A stretch of 63,881 bases of DNA, counting the filler, from Octopus bimaculoides (taxonomy: Eukaryota): NCBI RefSeq assembly GCF_001194135.2. It is 5 parts of 5 records of this genome, joined end to end, with 100 filler letters (N's around TTAATTAATTAA, not from the genome) between each part and the next. Parts side by side here need not be neighbours in the genome. Positions count along the whole stretch, not along the records: positions 1 to 29,418 come from NC_068984.1; 4 more parts are not named here. One strand, written 5' to 3'. Both the position numbers and the translations under genes were made by a program. Below the pieces are notes generated by a model. The model searched no databases and was not told where the DNA came from. It saw nothing but the letters and a program-made list of their open reading frames with translations. Below are positions 1 through 11,299 of the stretch, one piece after another. Positions within the stretch are counted from its first letter, which is position 1; each line of letters starts with the position of its first letter.

Positions 1-284
1 GTGCAAGTGGCTGAGCATTCCACAGACACGTGTACCCTTAACGTAGTTTTGGGGGATATTCAGCGTGACACAGAGTGTGACAAGGCTGGCCCTTTGAAAT
101 ACAAGCACAACAGAAACAGGAAGAAAGAGTGAGAGAAAGTTGTACTGAAAGAGTACAGCAGGGTTTGCTACCATCCCCTGCCGGAGCCTCGTGGAGCTTT
201 AGGTGTTTTCGCTCAATAAACACTCACAACGCCCGGTCTGGGAATCGAAACCGCGATCCTATAACCGTGAGTCCGCGCCTCCAC
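1..284 (-). mobile_element. tRNA-derived SINE, family B (5' part; internal deletion in the head)
   Basis: Minus strand begins GTGGAGGCGC...GGATCGCGGTTTCGATTCCCAGACC (B-box-like GGTTTCGATTCC). Aligns by eye to copies at 5929-6089 and 29793-30174. Confidence 0.85.
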
Positions 285-294
285 ATACATACAT

Positions 295-794
295 ATATAT
301 ACACACATACACATGCATATATGGGTACAGGACATCTCCAAACAGTAAGCAACAAGAAATTCGAAAGCAAATGAGTTCAATACGCAAACAACGAGAGAAA
401 CAAATGGGAAACTCGACAAGTAACATAAAAAATGATTCTTTATCAGTTGTCGGCTGTCCATCTACTCCTCATTTCGAGCACTGAACGACAATATGAGTTT
501 CCGAAGACAGTTGCTCCCATACGTGCCAAAATAAAATTTGGGACTTATGGAGGGTCAAACTTATGGAGGGAACAAAAACAGGACTGTGGAGACAAACAAG
601 GAAACCGAACGAAAACAAACATGGAGGGTCATTGGACCTGAACGAGAGGAAAAATAACGAACACTGCAGGAATATTTTCTTTGAGAAGAGAAAGGATATA
701 AGAGAGAAATAGGATACGTGCTGCTTTCGTATTTCATGTTGCTTACTGTTTGGTAACGTCCTGTGCCCATATATGCATGTGTATGTGTATATAT
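295..794. mobile_element. MITE-like non-autonomous element with ~75-bp imperfect terminal inverted repeats
   Basis: 295-369 (…CATGCATATATGGGTACAGGACATCTCCAAACAGTAAGCAACAAGAAATTCGAAAGCA) is the reverse complement of 722-794 apart from a few substitutions. No coding interior. The right end runs into an N gap. Confidence 0.75.
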
Positions 795-1104
795 NNNNNN
801 NNNNNNNNNNNNNNNNNNNNNNNNNNNNNNNNNNNNNNNNNNNNNNNNNNNNNNNNNNNNNNNNNNNNNNNNNNNNNNNNNNNNNNNNNNNNNNNNNNNN
901 NNNNNNNNNNNNNNNNNNNNNNNNNNNNNNNNNNNNNNNNNNNNNNNNNNNNNNNTATATATATATCTGTATATATATGTATATATGCATATATGTATAT
1001 GTAAACATATATGCTTGTATATATATATATATATTATTTATATATATAACGGCGGTACATCACCATGGCCGCAGCTCTGAGCTGAAACTAGAGGAAAAAA
1101 ATAC

Positions 1105-1210
1105 CTGTGTTTGTGTGTGTACATATATACGACAGTCTTCTTTCAGTTTCTGTCTACTAAATCCATTCACAAGGCTCTGGTCGGCCCGAGGCTATAGCAG
1201 AAGACATTTA
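1105..1210 (-). mobile_element. SINE family A fragment
   Basis: TTTCAGTTTCTGTCTACTAAATCCATTCACAAGGCTCTGGTCGGCCCGAGGCTATAGCAGAAGACA matches the reverse complement of the 4451-4648 copy. Confidence 0.8.
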
Positions 1211-2065
1211 TAAGAAATATATATTTTTCTGGTGGAATATGATAATTGATAGTCACAATAATGGGAGTTCGTTCTGGCGTGTTGGGATTGAAGAGTTGAA
1301 GTTATTTTGGTGAAGGACGGGGACAGTAGGCCATTAATTAGACGGATATCTATTCCTGGAAATTATGTGTAATGGCGTGGGTTTGTGGTTGTGGGTGAGT
1401 GTTGCAATGGGGATGTGTTGTAGGCAAATATTTGGATATGACGATGGACAAATGTGAGAGGCCAGAGAAGAAGACAGAGAGCAAAGCAGTGATGCGTATA
1501 TGATTATCGAATTAGGGGACAAAGAAAAGGCCAGGATGTTATCAAGATAGATAAACACACACGCACGTGCGCTTATATATGTGTGTGTGAGTTCGTGTGC
1601 TGGCGTATGTATCCAAGGATACAAGTAAACACTTGAATGAATTGACTTATTAATTCATTGATTGATTGATTAATGAGTTCAATGAGGTTACTGTTAGGTC
1701 AAGCAGTAGGTTAGTCAGACTCACATAAAGAATAGTTTTATGTATTAAAGAAGGCTTTACGTTCTATTTTCATAATTCTCCTGATAACCTTCGTTCTTTT
1801 TTTAATATTGATCAGGGATCAATAAATTAAATACCAGTCATCTATTGACAGGTTCTACTTCTCCGGGTCAGAAGAGACTTGGAAATGATAGTGGCTAAGA
1901 ACTGGTTCCGCACTCCCCAAGACCCTAGAACTTTCGAACCAGGTTCCCACTACAGGATGCAGCTTAAAGTCACACCCAAGACAATCGATATGACAAGGGG
2001 TGTAATTATCTTTACTTAGAGCCATATACATAGAGATATTGGGGACTTTTGATTAATATAGGAGC

Positions 2066-2140
2066 AGACGTGGCTGGGTGGTAAGATGCTTCCTTCGCAA
2101 CCACATGGTTCCGAGATCAATACCTCTGCATGGCACTTGG
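2066..2140 (+). mobile_element. SINE family A head fragment
   Basis: GTGGCTGGGTGGTAAGATGCTTCCTTCGCAACCACATGGTTCC resembles the 5' end of the 4451 copy. Confidence 0.65.
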
Positions 2141-2211
2141 AAATATAACAAAAGCTATTTCACATTCCTGCTCGTTGGACAGTATTGTTAGAATGGAACA
2201 GAAATAACGAT

Positions 2212-2488
2212 ATAATCAAAACTAGTTAAAGGATACACCTTTAAAATGGATTTCTGCCATTGGTCCTTTCATGCAATGATCGAAATAAATAAATTCAATA
2301 TTAATTCATCCTATTGTAAAATCGAAGAAAACCTTAAATCTACTCTTCGATTTAAGGTTTTCTTCGATTTTACAATAGGATGAATTTATATTGAATTCAT
2401 TTATTTCGTTCATTACATGCTTAAGACCGTTAATTGAAAGGATCAATGAAACAAATCCATTTTAAATTAGTTGACTAGTTTTGATTAT
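2212..2488. repeat. Long fold-back palindrome (probable palindromic MITE)
   Basis: Arms 2212-2340 and 2349-2488 are complementary around the 8-nt loop TACTCTTC. The inner ~60 bp are near perfect; outer blocks are interrupted by small indels. Confidence 0.9.
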
Positions 2489-3554
2489 NNNNNNNNNNNN
2501 NNNNNNNNNNNNNNNNNNNNNNNNNNNNNNNNNNNNNNNNNNNNNNNNNNNNNNNNNNNNNNNNNNNNNNNNNNNNNNNNNNNNNNNNNNNNNNNNNNNN
2601 NNNNNNNNNNNNNNNNNNNNNNNNNNNNNNNNNNNNNNNNNNNNNNNNNNNNNNNNNNNNNNNNNNNNNNNNNNNNNNNNNNNNNNNNNNNNNNNNNNNN
2701 NNNNNNNNNNNNNNNNNNNNNNNNNNNNNNNNNNNNNNNNNNNNNNNNNNNNNNNNNNNNNNNNNNNNNNNNNNNNNNNNNNNNNNNNNNNNTATATATG
2801 ATGTATGTCGTTTTTGCATCCATTTTTTTTATATGCCGTATACACACACACATACATGCATATATAGTATTGGCTGTATATCTATCTTAGTTTTGTTCAT
2901 TCCCCATGCTTCCTCTTCCTCGATAAATTTCTACCTTTGTACCAATGGATAAAATCGTCGCCACTGGCTGGTTTCACTTCGTTAAACACGATGACAATTA
3001 TATCAAGACGAGTGGTTTTGTTCATTGAATCGAATCTGTATTTATTATCGATGCATAATTTATTCCCTCCCACCCGCTATGCATGAGTCGTGAAAGACCA
3101 AGTGGATTCATGTAGTATTTGAGATCAGAACGTAGAGGGACAAACGCAAATAGATATAAAGTAATTTGTACGAAGTTTTTGCATCGTTGCGTCTAATTAA
3201 GCAGCCTTTTTCTTGTTGATTTTGTTTGTGGTAGCTTTGTTTGGATCAGTAAAAGTCTTAATTGAGTAGATTCTGAAATGGTAGAATCCCAAACGTAACC
3301 ACCACATCTTTTATTCCCATGTAGTATATCTAAGACTATAATGTCACCAGTTTTTTACCCGCTTGGTAGGTAGTGCATTGAATCTAGACATTTGCCTATC
3401 TACGGTATCCTACCAACACATGATGCTTTCAATGTTGTTTATTTCTCTGTCAGCTTATTATAATCGTGCGCGATATTCTTGTAAAAGTTGTCAGTATTTG
3501 ATAATGTGTAGTCTTGTCTAGCTTTGTCTAGCTTAGTTTACAGCACAAAGCTAA

Positions 3555-3945
3555 ACAATACCATACTTGCCAGATTCTTGGATAGCACTGTTCTACCTGC
3601 GCTCTTATATGCAGGCGAGACGTAGGCTACCAAAAAGAGGATAAGAATCGATTGGTTACGACGCAAAGGGCTAGGGTATGATCTATGCCAGGAATGTCAG
3701 GAAGAGAGCACATTCGAAATTAGATCATTTGGAAACAGAACAGAGTGAACGGCCAGATGGACACATGCAGTTCCCGAGTGGTATCCAAGAGATCGGAAAT
3801 GGTCGCCTGGAAGGCCTCCACGGTTTGGTCAAACAATTTGGATCAAGATAGAAAGAATGGCGCAATCAATGCAGAATTGGAAGCGCACTGTGACAGCGGT
3901 ATATCACAGCATTTGACGGTCGGGTCGATACTGCGATACTGAGAT
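3555..3945 (+). mobile_element. RTE-clade LINE, decayed 3' end
   Basis: Frameshifted translation gives DSTVLPALLYAGET*AT and WTHAVPEWYPRDRKWSPGRPP, typical of the RTE C-terminus. Ends in a short repeat tail GATACTGCGATACTGAGAT. Confidence 0.75.
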
Positions 3946-4450
3946 GCTTTGATCTAATAACGTATCTTTTCATTCTTAATACGTTCTGGTAGATTCTCAT
4001 CGCTGGTGTTTTTCGCCATCGGAGAACACTCTCCTTTAAGACGATCTGTGCTCAGATCACACACAATTCACTAGTGTAAAGGAACTCTGAGGCACTGCAG
4101 TGTATGTATACATATACGACGAAATAAATTCAGTCGTGTGTGCGTGCGTGCGTGCGTGCGTGCGTCTGGATGGGTGGTTTGGTGTGGGTCTGTGTTGATA
4201 CATATTTAATTAATTTTCCAGTCAGTTTCGAAACATGTTGTCCAGGGCTGCAGAGGAAATATTTTAGTCCTTATGTTTGATTTTACGCTATCTGCATATA
4301 CCTCAGGCCAGCTGAATTCGTCCAGTTCGGACACACAGAAATAATCGCGAAATATCGATATCTACCGTTTTCGTACTCCTTAAAAGGATTCTCACTGGAC
4401 AAAATACCACACCCTAAAGGCCTTTAAACAAAACACAAACATTAATTAAG

Positions 4451-4648
4451 CGTAGGAGTGGCTGTGTGGTAAGTAGCTTGCTAACGAACCACATGGTTCC
4501 GGGTTCATTCCCACTGCGTGGCACCACCTTGGGCAAGTGTCTTCTACTATAGCCTCGGGCCGACCAAAGCCTTGTGAGTGGATTTGGTAGACGGAAACTG
4601 AAAGGAGCCCATCGTATATATGTATATATATATGTATGTATGTGTGTG
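4451..4648 (+). mobile_element. tRNA-derived SINE family A (5' half; rest in gap)
   Basis: GTGGCTGTGTGGTAAG (A-box-like) ... GGTTCCGGGTTCATTCCC (B-box-like) ... CCTTGGGCAAGTGTCTT (resembles the start of the CORE domain), followed by an internal TA/TG microsatellite. Confidence 0.85.
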
Positions 4649-5439
4649 NNNNNNNNNNNNNNNNNNNNNNNNNNNNNNNNNNNNNNNNNNNNNNNNNNNN
4701 NNNNNNNNNNNNNNNNNNNNNNNNNNNNNNNNNNNNNNNNNNNNNNNNNNNNNNNNNNNNNNNNNNNNNNNNNNNNNNNNNNNNNNNNNNNNNNNNNNNN
4801 NNNNNNNNNNNNNNNNNNNNNNNNNNNNNNNNNNNNNNNNNNNNNNNNNNNNNNNNNNNNNNNNNNNNNNNNNNNNNNNNNNNNNNNNNNNNNNNNNNNN
4901 NNNNNNNNNNNNNNNNNNNNNNNNNNNNNNNNNNNNNNNNNNNNNNNNNNNNNNNNNNNNNNNNNNNNNNNNNNNNNNNNNNNNNNNNNNNNNNNNNNNN
5001 NNNNNNNNNNNNNNNNNNNNNNNNNNNNNNNNNNNNNNNNNNNNNNNNNNNNNNNNNNNNNNNNNNNNNNNNNNNNNNNNNNNNNNNNNNNNNNNNNNNN
5101 NNNNNNNNNNNNNNNNNNNNNNNNNNNNNNNNNNNNNNNNNNNNNNNNNNNNNNNNNNNNNNNNNNNNNNNNNNNNNNNNNNNNNNNNNNNNNNNNNNNN
5201 NNNNNNNNNNNNNNNNNNNNNNNNNNNNNNNNNNNNNNNNNNNNNNNNNNNNNNNNNNNNNNNNNNNNNNNNNNNNNNNNNNNNNNNNNNNNNNNNNNNN
5301 NNNNNNNNNNNNNNNNNNNNNNNNNNNNNNNNNNNNNNNNNNNNNNNNNNNNNNNNNNNNNNNNNNNNNNNNNNNNNNNNNNNNNNNNNNNNNNNNNNNN
5401 NNNTTGTATCCGATATATTTTAATTATAATGAAGACAGT

Positions 5440-5830
5440 TTGCAGAAAACGTTAGTACGCCGGGCAAAATGCTTAGCGGCATTTCGTCTACCTTTAACAT
5501 TCTGCGTTCAAATTCCACCGAGGCCGACCTTGTACATGTTGAGCATTGAGGTCGATATAATCGATTTAATCCGTACTTGCTAATCTTGTGCTAAAATTTG
5601 AAAGCAATTATAATGATGGGAGCGATTTGGCAGAATCGTTAGCGCGCCGGGGAATATGCTTAACGGCATTTCGTCCGTCTTTAGGTTCTAGGTTCAAATT
5701 CTACTAAGGCCAACTTTGTCAACTTATCGGAGTCATTAAAATAGAAACTAGTCAAACACAGGCTTCGATGTCATTGATTTAACCCCACCCCCGAGATTGC
5801 TGGCCTTGTGCCCAAATTTGAAACCATTAC
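5440..5830 (+). mobile_element. Two tandem SINE family C copies (head fragment 5440-5540; longer copy 5612-5830)
   Basis: Both carry GAA[A/T]CGTTAG..CGCCGGG...ATGCTTA.CGGCATTTCGTC...GTTCAAATTC. Related to copies at 7750, 26070 and 57680. Confidence 0.8.
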
Positions 5831-5928
5831 TAAAGCAGCTTCAAACTCAAAATTTAATTTTATCAACTACAAAGCCCAGCCTTGCTGTCCCAGAACATCA
5901 ACCTTGTGCGATCTTTCTCTGTTGTTGT

Positions 5929-6089
5929 CACATCACATGGCACTCCGTCGGTNNNNNNNNNNCCGGAGCCTCATGGACCTTTAGGTGTTTTCGCTCAATA
6001 AACACCCACAACGCGCGGTCTGGGAATCGAAACCGCGATAGTATGACCTCGCGTTCGTTGCCCTAACCACTGGGCCATTGCGCCTCCAC
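5929..6089 (-). mobile_element. SINE family B with 12-bp target-site duplication; middle collapsed into a 10-N gap
   Basis: CTCTGTTGTTGT occurs at 5917-5928 and 6090-6101, flanking the element. tRNA-like head GTGGAGGCGCAATGGCCCAGTGGTTAGGGCAAC on the minus strand. Confidence 0.9.
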
Positions 6090-7749
6090 CTCTGTTGTTG
6101 TAGAGCTTCATGAAACAACAGTTTAAACGAAGATCGAACTCAACGTTTTCAGGCAACGTACAAAAGTTCTGGACATTACTCCTTCTTCTATACTCAACAA
6201 GTAAGACGGAAAAATCTACGCCTTACATCTGTGATAGAAACCTCTTTATTGCACTAATTTACAACTACGATTCTAAACTGTTAAGTGTTTGGCTCATGCA
6301 TAATTTGCAACGCTTACACTCATACTGAAAATAATAGAAAATGTCCAGCCTAAGGCGAAGTGTCTGCCACCCTATCGATTCGACCGTCTATTTCGCGCTT
6401 TGTCTTAAATACCACCTGTTAAATATCATTTAACAATGGAGCGTACCTTTGTTTTACATATTCCGTTCTTTGTAGAATTTGGCTGCGGGTATCGCATGTG
6501 AGAAAAGCGAAAGTTGGATGATAAGGTAAAGGTGAACGAAGAGAAAACACCGATAGAGACAGAAAGACGGAGAGACATACACAGAGACAATAAGAGAGAG
6601 CGAGAGAGAGAGGGAGGAGAGGAGAAGAGAGGTAGAGAGGACAAAGAGACGGTGGCGTAAAATGAACTTCTTTAAATGATGCCATTTCAAGATAGAGAGC
6701 CAATCAATAAATTTGATCTAGTTCTAATTATCACGCTCGAAATCAAATTCAATTCACGAGGGGGGGGGAGGAAGTGAAAATAATTAACTGTCCTAAAACA
6801 GTCTCACCTCCAGTCAGCTTATTCTTATCGCATCTCACCTCTTCCCAGCCACTCATGTATATATATNNNNNNNNNNNNNNNNNNNNNNNNNNNNNNNNNN
6901 NNNNNNNNNNNNNNNNNNNNNNNNNNNNNNNNNNNNNNNNNNNNNNNNNNNNNNNNNNNNNNNNNNNNNNNNNNNNNNNNNNNNNNNNNNNNNNNNNNNN
7001 NNNNNNNNNNNNNNNNNNNNNNNNNNNNNNNNNNNNNNNNNNNNNNNNNNNNNNNNNNNNNNNNNNNNNNNNNNNNNNNNNNNNNNNNNNNNNNNNNNNN
7101 NNNNNNNNNNNNNNNNNNNNNNNNNNNNNNNNNNNNNNNNNNNNNNNNNNNNNNNNNNNNNNNNNNNNNNNNNNNNNNNNNNNNNNNNNNNNNNNNNNNN
7201 TGTGTGTGTGTGTGTGTGTGTGTGTGTTTGTGTGTGTGTGTATGTATGTACATATTTGCATGCGTATAAATATATGTGAGTATGTGGAAACGTCACTGTT
7301 GTGCATGTGTATGCATGCATGTTCGTGTGTATGTATTTCAACACATTCGTACTCCAGTTTTAATTTGTTTGTTAAGGATTCCCTCCCCCCTTTCTCTCTC
7401 TCTCTATTAGTTTTTTTCTTTTATACAATAATTATGTTTCAAGCAATGAATTCCATCCTTTGAGATGATGCTTTTTCTGTAATATTCATATCTTCGTTTA
7501 ATTTCGCTCACTTCCTCTCTCGTTGTCGTCAGGTGTTTCATTCTTCGATTTGTTTAAATGTATATGTATACACACGCGCGCGCACACACGCACACACACA
7601 CACATATGCATGTGCGTGTGTGTATAATCACAATGAGAATATTTAAACCTTTTATAGGGATATATTTTACTCAAGATACACTGGTTTAATATATTATATT
7701 TTGAAGAGATATTTATTCAATGAATATATTATATAAAATATCCTTCATT

Positions 7750-7855
7750 CAAGGCACAAGGCCCGAAATTTTGGTGGTGAGGCAGTCGATTAGATCGACC
7801 CCATTGGGCAACTGGTACTTAATTTATCGACCCCGAAAGGATGAAAAGGCAAATG
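7750..7855 (-). mobile_element. SINE family C, 3' part
   Basis: Reverse complement contains TTTCATCCTTTCGGGGTCGATAAATTAAGTACCAGTTG and aligns to 57680-57830. Confidence 0.85.
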
Positions 7856-7912
7856 ATGTTAGCCCACGAGCGCGCGCACGCACACACATACATACATACA
7901 TACATACATACA

Positions 7913-7944
<32 letters not shown>

Positions 7945-8224
7945 GTCATACATGCATATATATTTATACATATATAAACATAATTAAGGGATCAGCAAAT
8001 ATTTGCTTCACCACATACCGAAGTTCAGAAATAGCAGCTAAAAAAGCTGAGACTCCAACAGATAACATTTACCCTTTTAATTTGTAATATTTATACATAT
8101 ATATATATTCATACATACAAACTTACACACACCATTCTCACATATACATGCGAGAATGAATTCGTTCGGCCGAGTCACCGTAATTATCTCGCTTTCATCC
8201 AGCCCTCTTCTCGCTACTTCGACA

Positions 8225-8430
8225 TGTTGAACTGTTAATTTCTACAAAAAAATTCTTTCTCACTCCGTGTTTCCCCTCCCCTTCATCCTTTCTGTCGAAG
8301 CGCCTAGGCTCGAAACATAAAAGACTTTTCCCGCTTTCCCGAGCGTTAAACTAATACATCTGCGTGTTGTTTCTACACCTGTCTTCGTCTTTTGTTTTTT
8401 TTGTAAATTTGAATAAGACACAAAATAATT
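8225..8430 (+). mobile_element. Short ORF-less interspersed repeat carrying a hammerhead motif (probable Penelope-derived module), copy 1
   Basis: Shares AAAGACTTTT..CCCGAGCGTTAAACTAATACATCTG...ACACCTGT.TTCGTCTTTT with 25255-25390 (minus) and 41640-41795. Confidence 0.75.
8288..8323 (+). ncRNA. Minimal type I hammerhead-like motif, variant core
   Basis: CUUU / CUGUCGA-A / GCGC-CUAG-GCUC / GAAA / CAU-A / AAAG. Stem I is CUUU:AAAG; stem II has one mismatch; stem III is ACAU, probably CpG decay of palindromic ACGU; core position 6 is U instead of A. Confidence 0.6.
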
Positions 8431-8859
8431 ATATATATATATATATANNNNNNNNNNNNNNNNNNNNNNNNNNNNNNNNNNNNNNNNNNNNNNNNNNNNN
8501 NNNNNNNNNNNNNNNNNNNNNNNNNNNNNNNNNNNNNNNNNNNNNNNNNNNNNNNNNNNNNNNNNNNNNNNNNNNNNNNNNNNNNNNNNNNNNNNNNNNN
8601 NNNNNNNNNNNNNNNNNNNNNNNNNNNNNNNNNNNNNNNNNNNNNNNNNNNNNNNNNNNNNNNNNNNNNNNNNNNNNNNNNNNNNNNNNNNNNNNNNNNN
8701 NNNNNNNNNNNNNNNNNNNNNNNNNNNNNNNNNNNNNNNNNNNNNNNNNNNNNNNNNNNNNNNNNNNNNNNNNNNNNNNNNNNNNNNNNNNNNNNNNNNN
8801 NNNNNNNNNNNNNNNNNNNNNNNNNNNNNNNNNNTTCGCGGATATTATATATATATATA

Positions 8860-9018
8860 TGATAATGGTGGGGGGACAAATACACACGTACACACACATA
8901 TGGTCGGCCCGAGGCTATAGTAGAAGACACTTGCCCAAGGTGTCACGCAGTGGGACTGAACCCAGAGCCATGTGGTTGGTAAGCATGCTACTTACCACGC
9001 AGCCACTGCTACGCCTAT
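8860..9018 (-). mobile_element. SINE family A
   Basis: GGTCGGCCCGAGGCTATAGTAGAAGACACTTGCCCAAGGTG...GGGACTGAACCC...CTTACCACGCAGCCAC. Confidence 0.85.
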
Positions 9019-9311
9019 AAACACAAAAACGAAAGAGCTTTGACCGAAAACCCTTTAATCGTAGGTTTGCTCGATCAGGATTGACCCCTGGCTAAACAGC
9101 ACAACAACAACAACAACAACAACAATAACAACACTATTTAACCATTTCTCAATGACTTCTGTGAAAACGGAGCTTCAGGAACGTCATCGCTTATCACAGT
9201 TAATACAAACAACCCCCACCGCCACCCGTTATTGCTAACGTCTTACACTCCCCACCGTTGCCCTTATTAGTTCTATCACCATCACAGTAGAAGTCCCAAA
9301 CATTTCAACAC

Positions 9312-9348
<37 letters not shown>

Positions 9349-9994
9349 GCCACCATCACAATCAACGTCATCTTCATCACCACCACCATCTCCCATATGT
9401 CCATCCATCACTTGGATGATCTAAACTGTTTAAACACGCCGACAATTTACTGATAAAATGATTTGCACATTTAACTCCTTTCTCTTCTTAGCTTTTCAGA
9501 CTAAATGTTTATTTCTCTCTCCCTCTTTCCATATATATATATATATATANNNNNNNNNNNNNNNNNNNNNNNNNNNNNNNNNNNNNNNNNNNNNNNNNNN
9601 NNNNNNNNNNNNNNNNNNNNNNNNNNNNNNNNNNNNNNNNNNNNNNNNNNNNNNNNNNNNNNNNNNNNNNNNNNNNNNNNNNNNNNNNNNNNNNNNNNNN
9701 NNNNNNNNNNNNNNNNNNNNNNNNNNNNNNNNNNNNNNNNNNNNNNNNNNNNNNNNNNNNNNNNNNNNNNNNNNNNNNNNNNNNNNNNNNNNNNNNNNNN
9801 NNNNNNNNNNNNNNNNNNNNNNNNNNNNNNNNNNNNNNNNNNNNNNNNNNNNNNNNNNNNNNNNNNNNNNNNNNNNNNNNNNNNNNNNNNNNNNNNNNNN
9901 NNNNNNNNGGTAGCAATTTTACCTTGTGCTTATGCTTAGTCCAAGTTCAGAAGAGTGCAGTTCGATTTTAGCAGTTATTTTTTCAAAAGCCTTA

Positions 9995-10300
9995 ACAGAA
10001 GTAACAAAGGAGCATATTCGGCATATTTTACTTCATGAGTCCAATAAAGGCAACAACGCAATGGAAAGTGCAAGGTATATGGGGATCGGACAATAAGCGT
10101 AAGCCAGTGTCAACGGTGGTTCCAGAAATTCCGAGCAGGAACCTAAAGCCTAGAAGACGAGCCTCGTCATGGAAGATCTGTTGAGCGTGACGAGGACATC
10201 CTGAAAACCCTGGTGGAAACTATGCCATCGCAACTGTTGAGGAACTAGCATAGACGCTTCTATTTTGTCGTTCAACCATTCATCGACTCCTGCACGTTAA
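9995..10300 (+). mobile_element. Mariner transposase N-terminal relic
   Basis: Degenerate translation EVTKEHIRHILLHE...ISVSQCQRWFQKFRAG..SLEDEPRHGRS...TVEELA matches the mariner HTH region (RWFxKFxxG..LED.PRxGRP). Contains stops and frameshifts. Confidence 0.85.
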
Positions 10301-10478
10301 AATTTTAAGTGATATGAGCGGTTATATTATTGACTCTTCTTAAAATACTATTATATATAGCGTCGTAATGTACCTTAACTTGTAATTTTAATTTTAATTA
10401 TATCATCTACATGAAGAGTATGGTTCGACTAAACATACGTTTTTTTTTTCTTTTATAAATTCTCAAACCTCTCATATC

Positions 10479-10867
10479 TTTTACTCTTTTACTTGTTTCA
10501 TTCATTTGACTGCGGCCATGCTGGAGCACCGCCTTTTTAGTCGAGCAAATCGACCGCAGGACTTATTCTATCGGTGTCTTTTGCCGAACCGCTAAGTTAC
10601 GGGGTCATAAACACACCACCATCGGTTGTCAAGCGATGCTGGGGGGACAAACACAGACACACAAACATATACACACACACACATATATATACATATATAT
10701 ATACGACGGGCTTCTTTCAGTCTCCGTCTACCAAATCCACTCACAAGGCTTCGGTCGGCCTGAGGCTATAGCAGAAGACACTTGCCCAAGGTGCCACGCA
10801 GTGGAGACTGAACCCGGAACCATGTGGTTGGTAAGCAAGCTACTTACCACACAGCCACACCTACACC
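10479..10867 (-). mobile_element. SINE family A, near full length
   Basis: Complete from the tRNA-like head (10867) through the internal microsatellite to the TGAAACAAGTAAAAGAGTAAAA-type tail (10479). Confidence 0.9.
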
Positions 10868-10877
10868 TATTATCGTT

Positions 10878-10957
10878 TAACACTGATGAGAGAAGTATAG
10901 ATAACTGCTATGGTTGGAGCTAGCTTGCTCATATCTCGAAACGGCCGTAAGATCTTG
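10878..10957 (+). ncRNA. Type I hammerhead ribozyme motif with intact catalytic core
   Basis: CUGAUGA at 10883-10889; stem II GAGA(10890-93):UCUC(10934-37) enclosing two sub-hairpins; GAAA at 10938-41; loop-less palindromic stem III ACGG|CCGU; cleavage triplet GUA (after 10949). Stem I is imperfect in this copy. Confidence 0.75.
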
Positions 10958-11299
10958 TACCTATTTAGGGATTCCGCACGAATCATCTTATACTCACTTA
11001 TCTTCCCTCCTCATTGATTCTAATACGGACATTCGGACTTCGCAAATACATCTCTGTATCAATATTTATGTGTTTATATATTTATGAATTCTTAGGTGTT
11101 TGTAAATTTTTATATACTTATAAATTTTTTAATATATTTATAGATTTTCGTATGTATATGCGTTTATAAATTCTTATGAATTTTTATCATGTTTCATATA
11201 TGTGAACGCATCTATGTATATTGTATATTATGGATAATTTCGATAACTTGAAATGGATTGAATGAATATATACACCGATCTTTGAAATTTGTTTCTCTC

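Noticed and set aside
1847-1985. ACAGGTTCTACTTCTCCGGGTCAGA...CACTCCCCAAGAC segment that looks like a common molluscan interspersed repeat
   Set aside because: Single copy in the window and recognised only vaguely from memory; cannot be classified.
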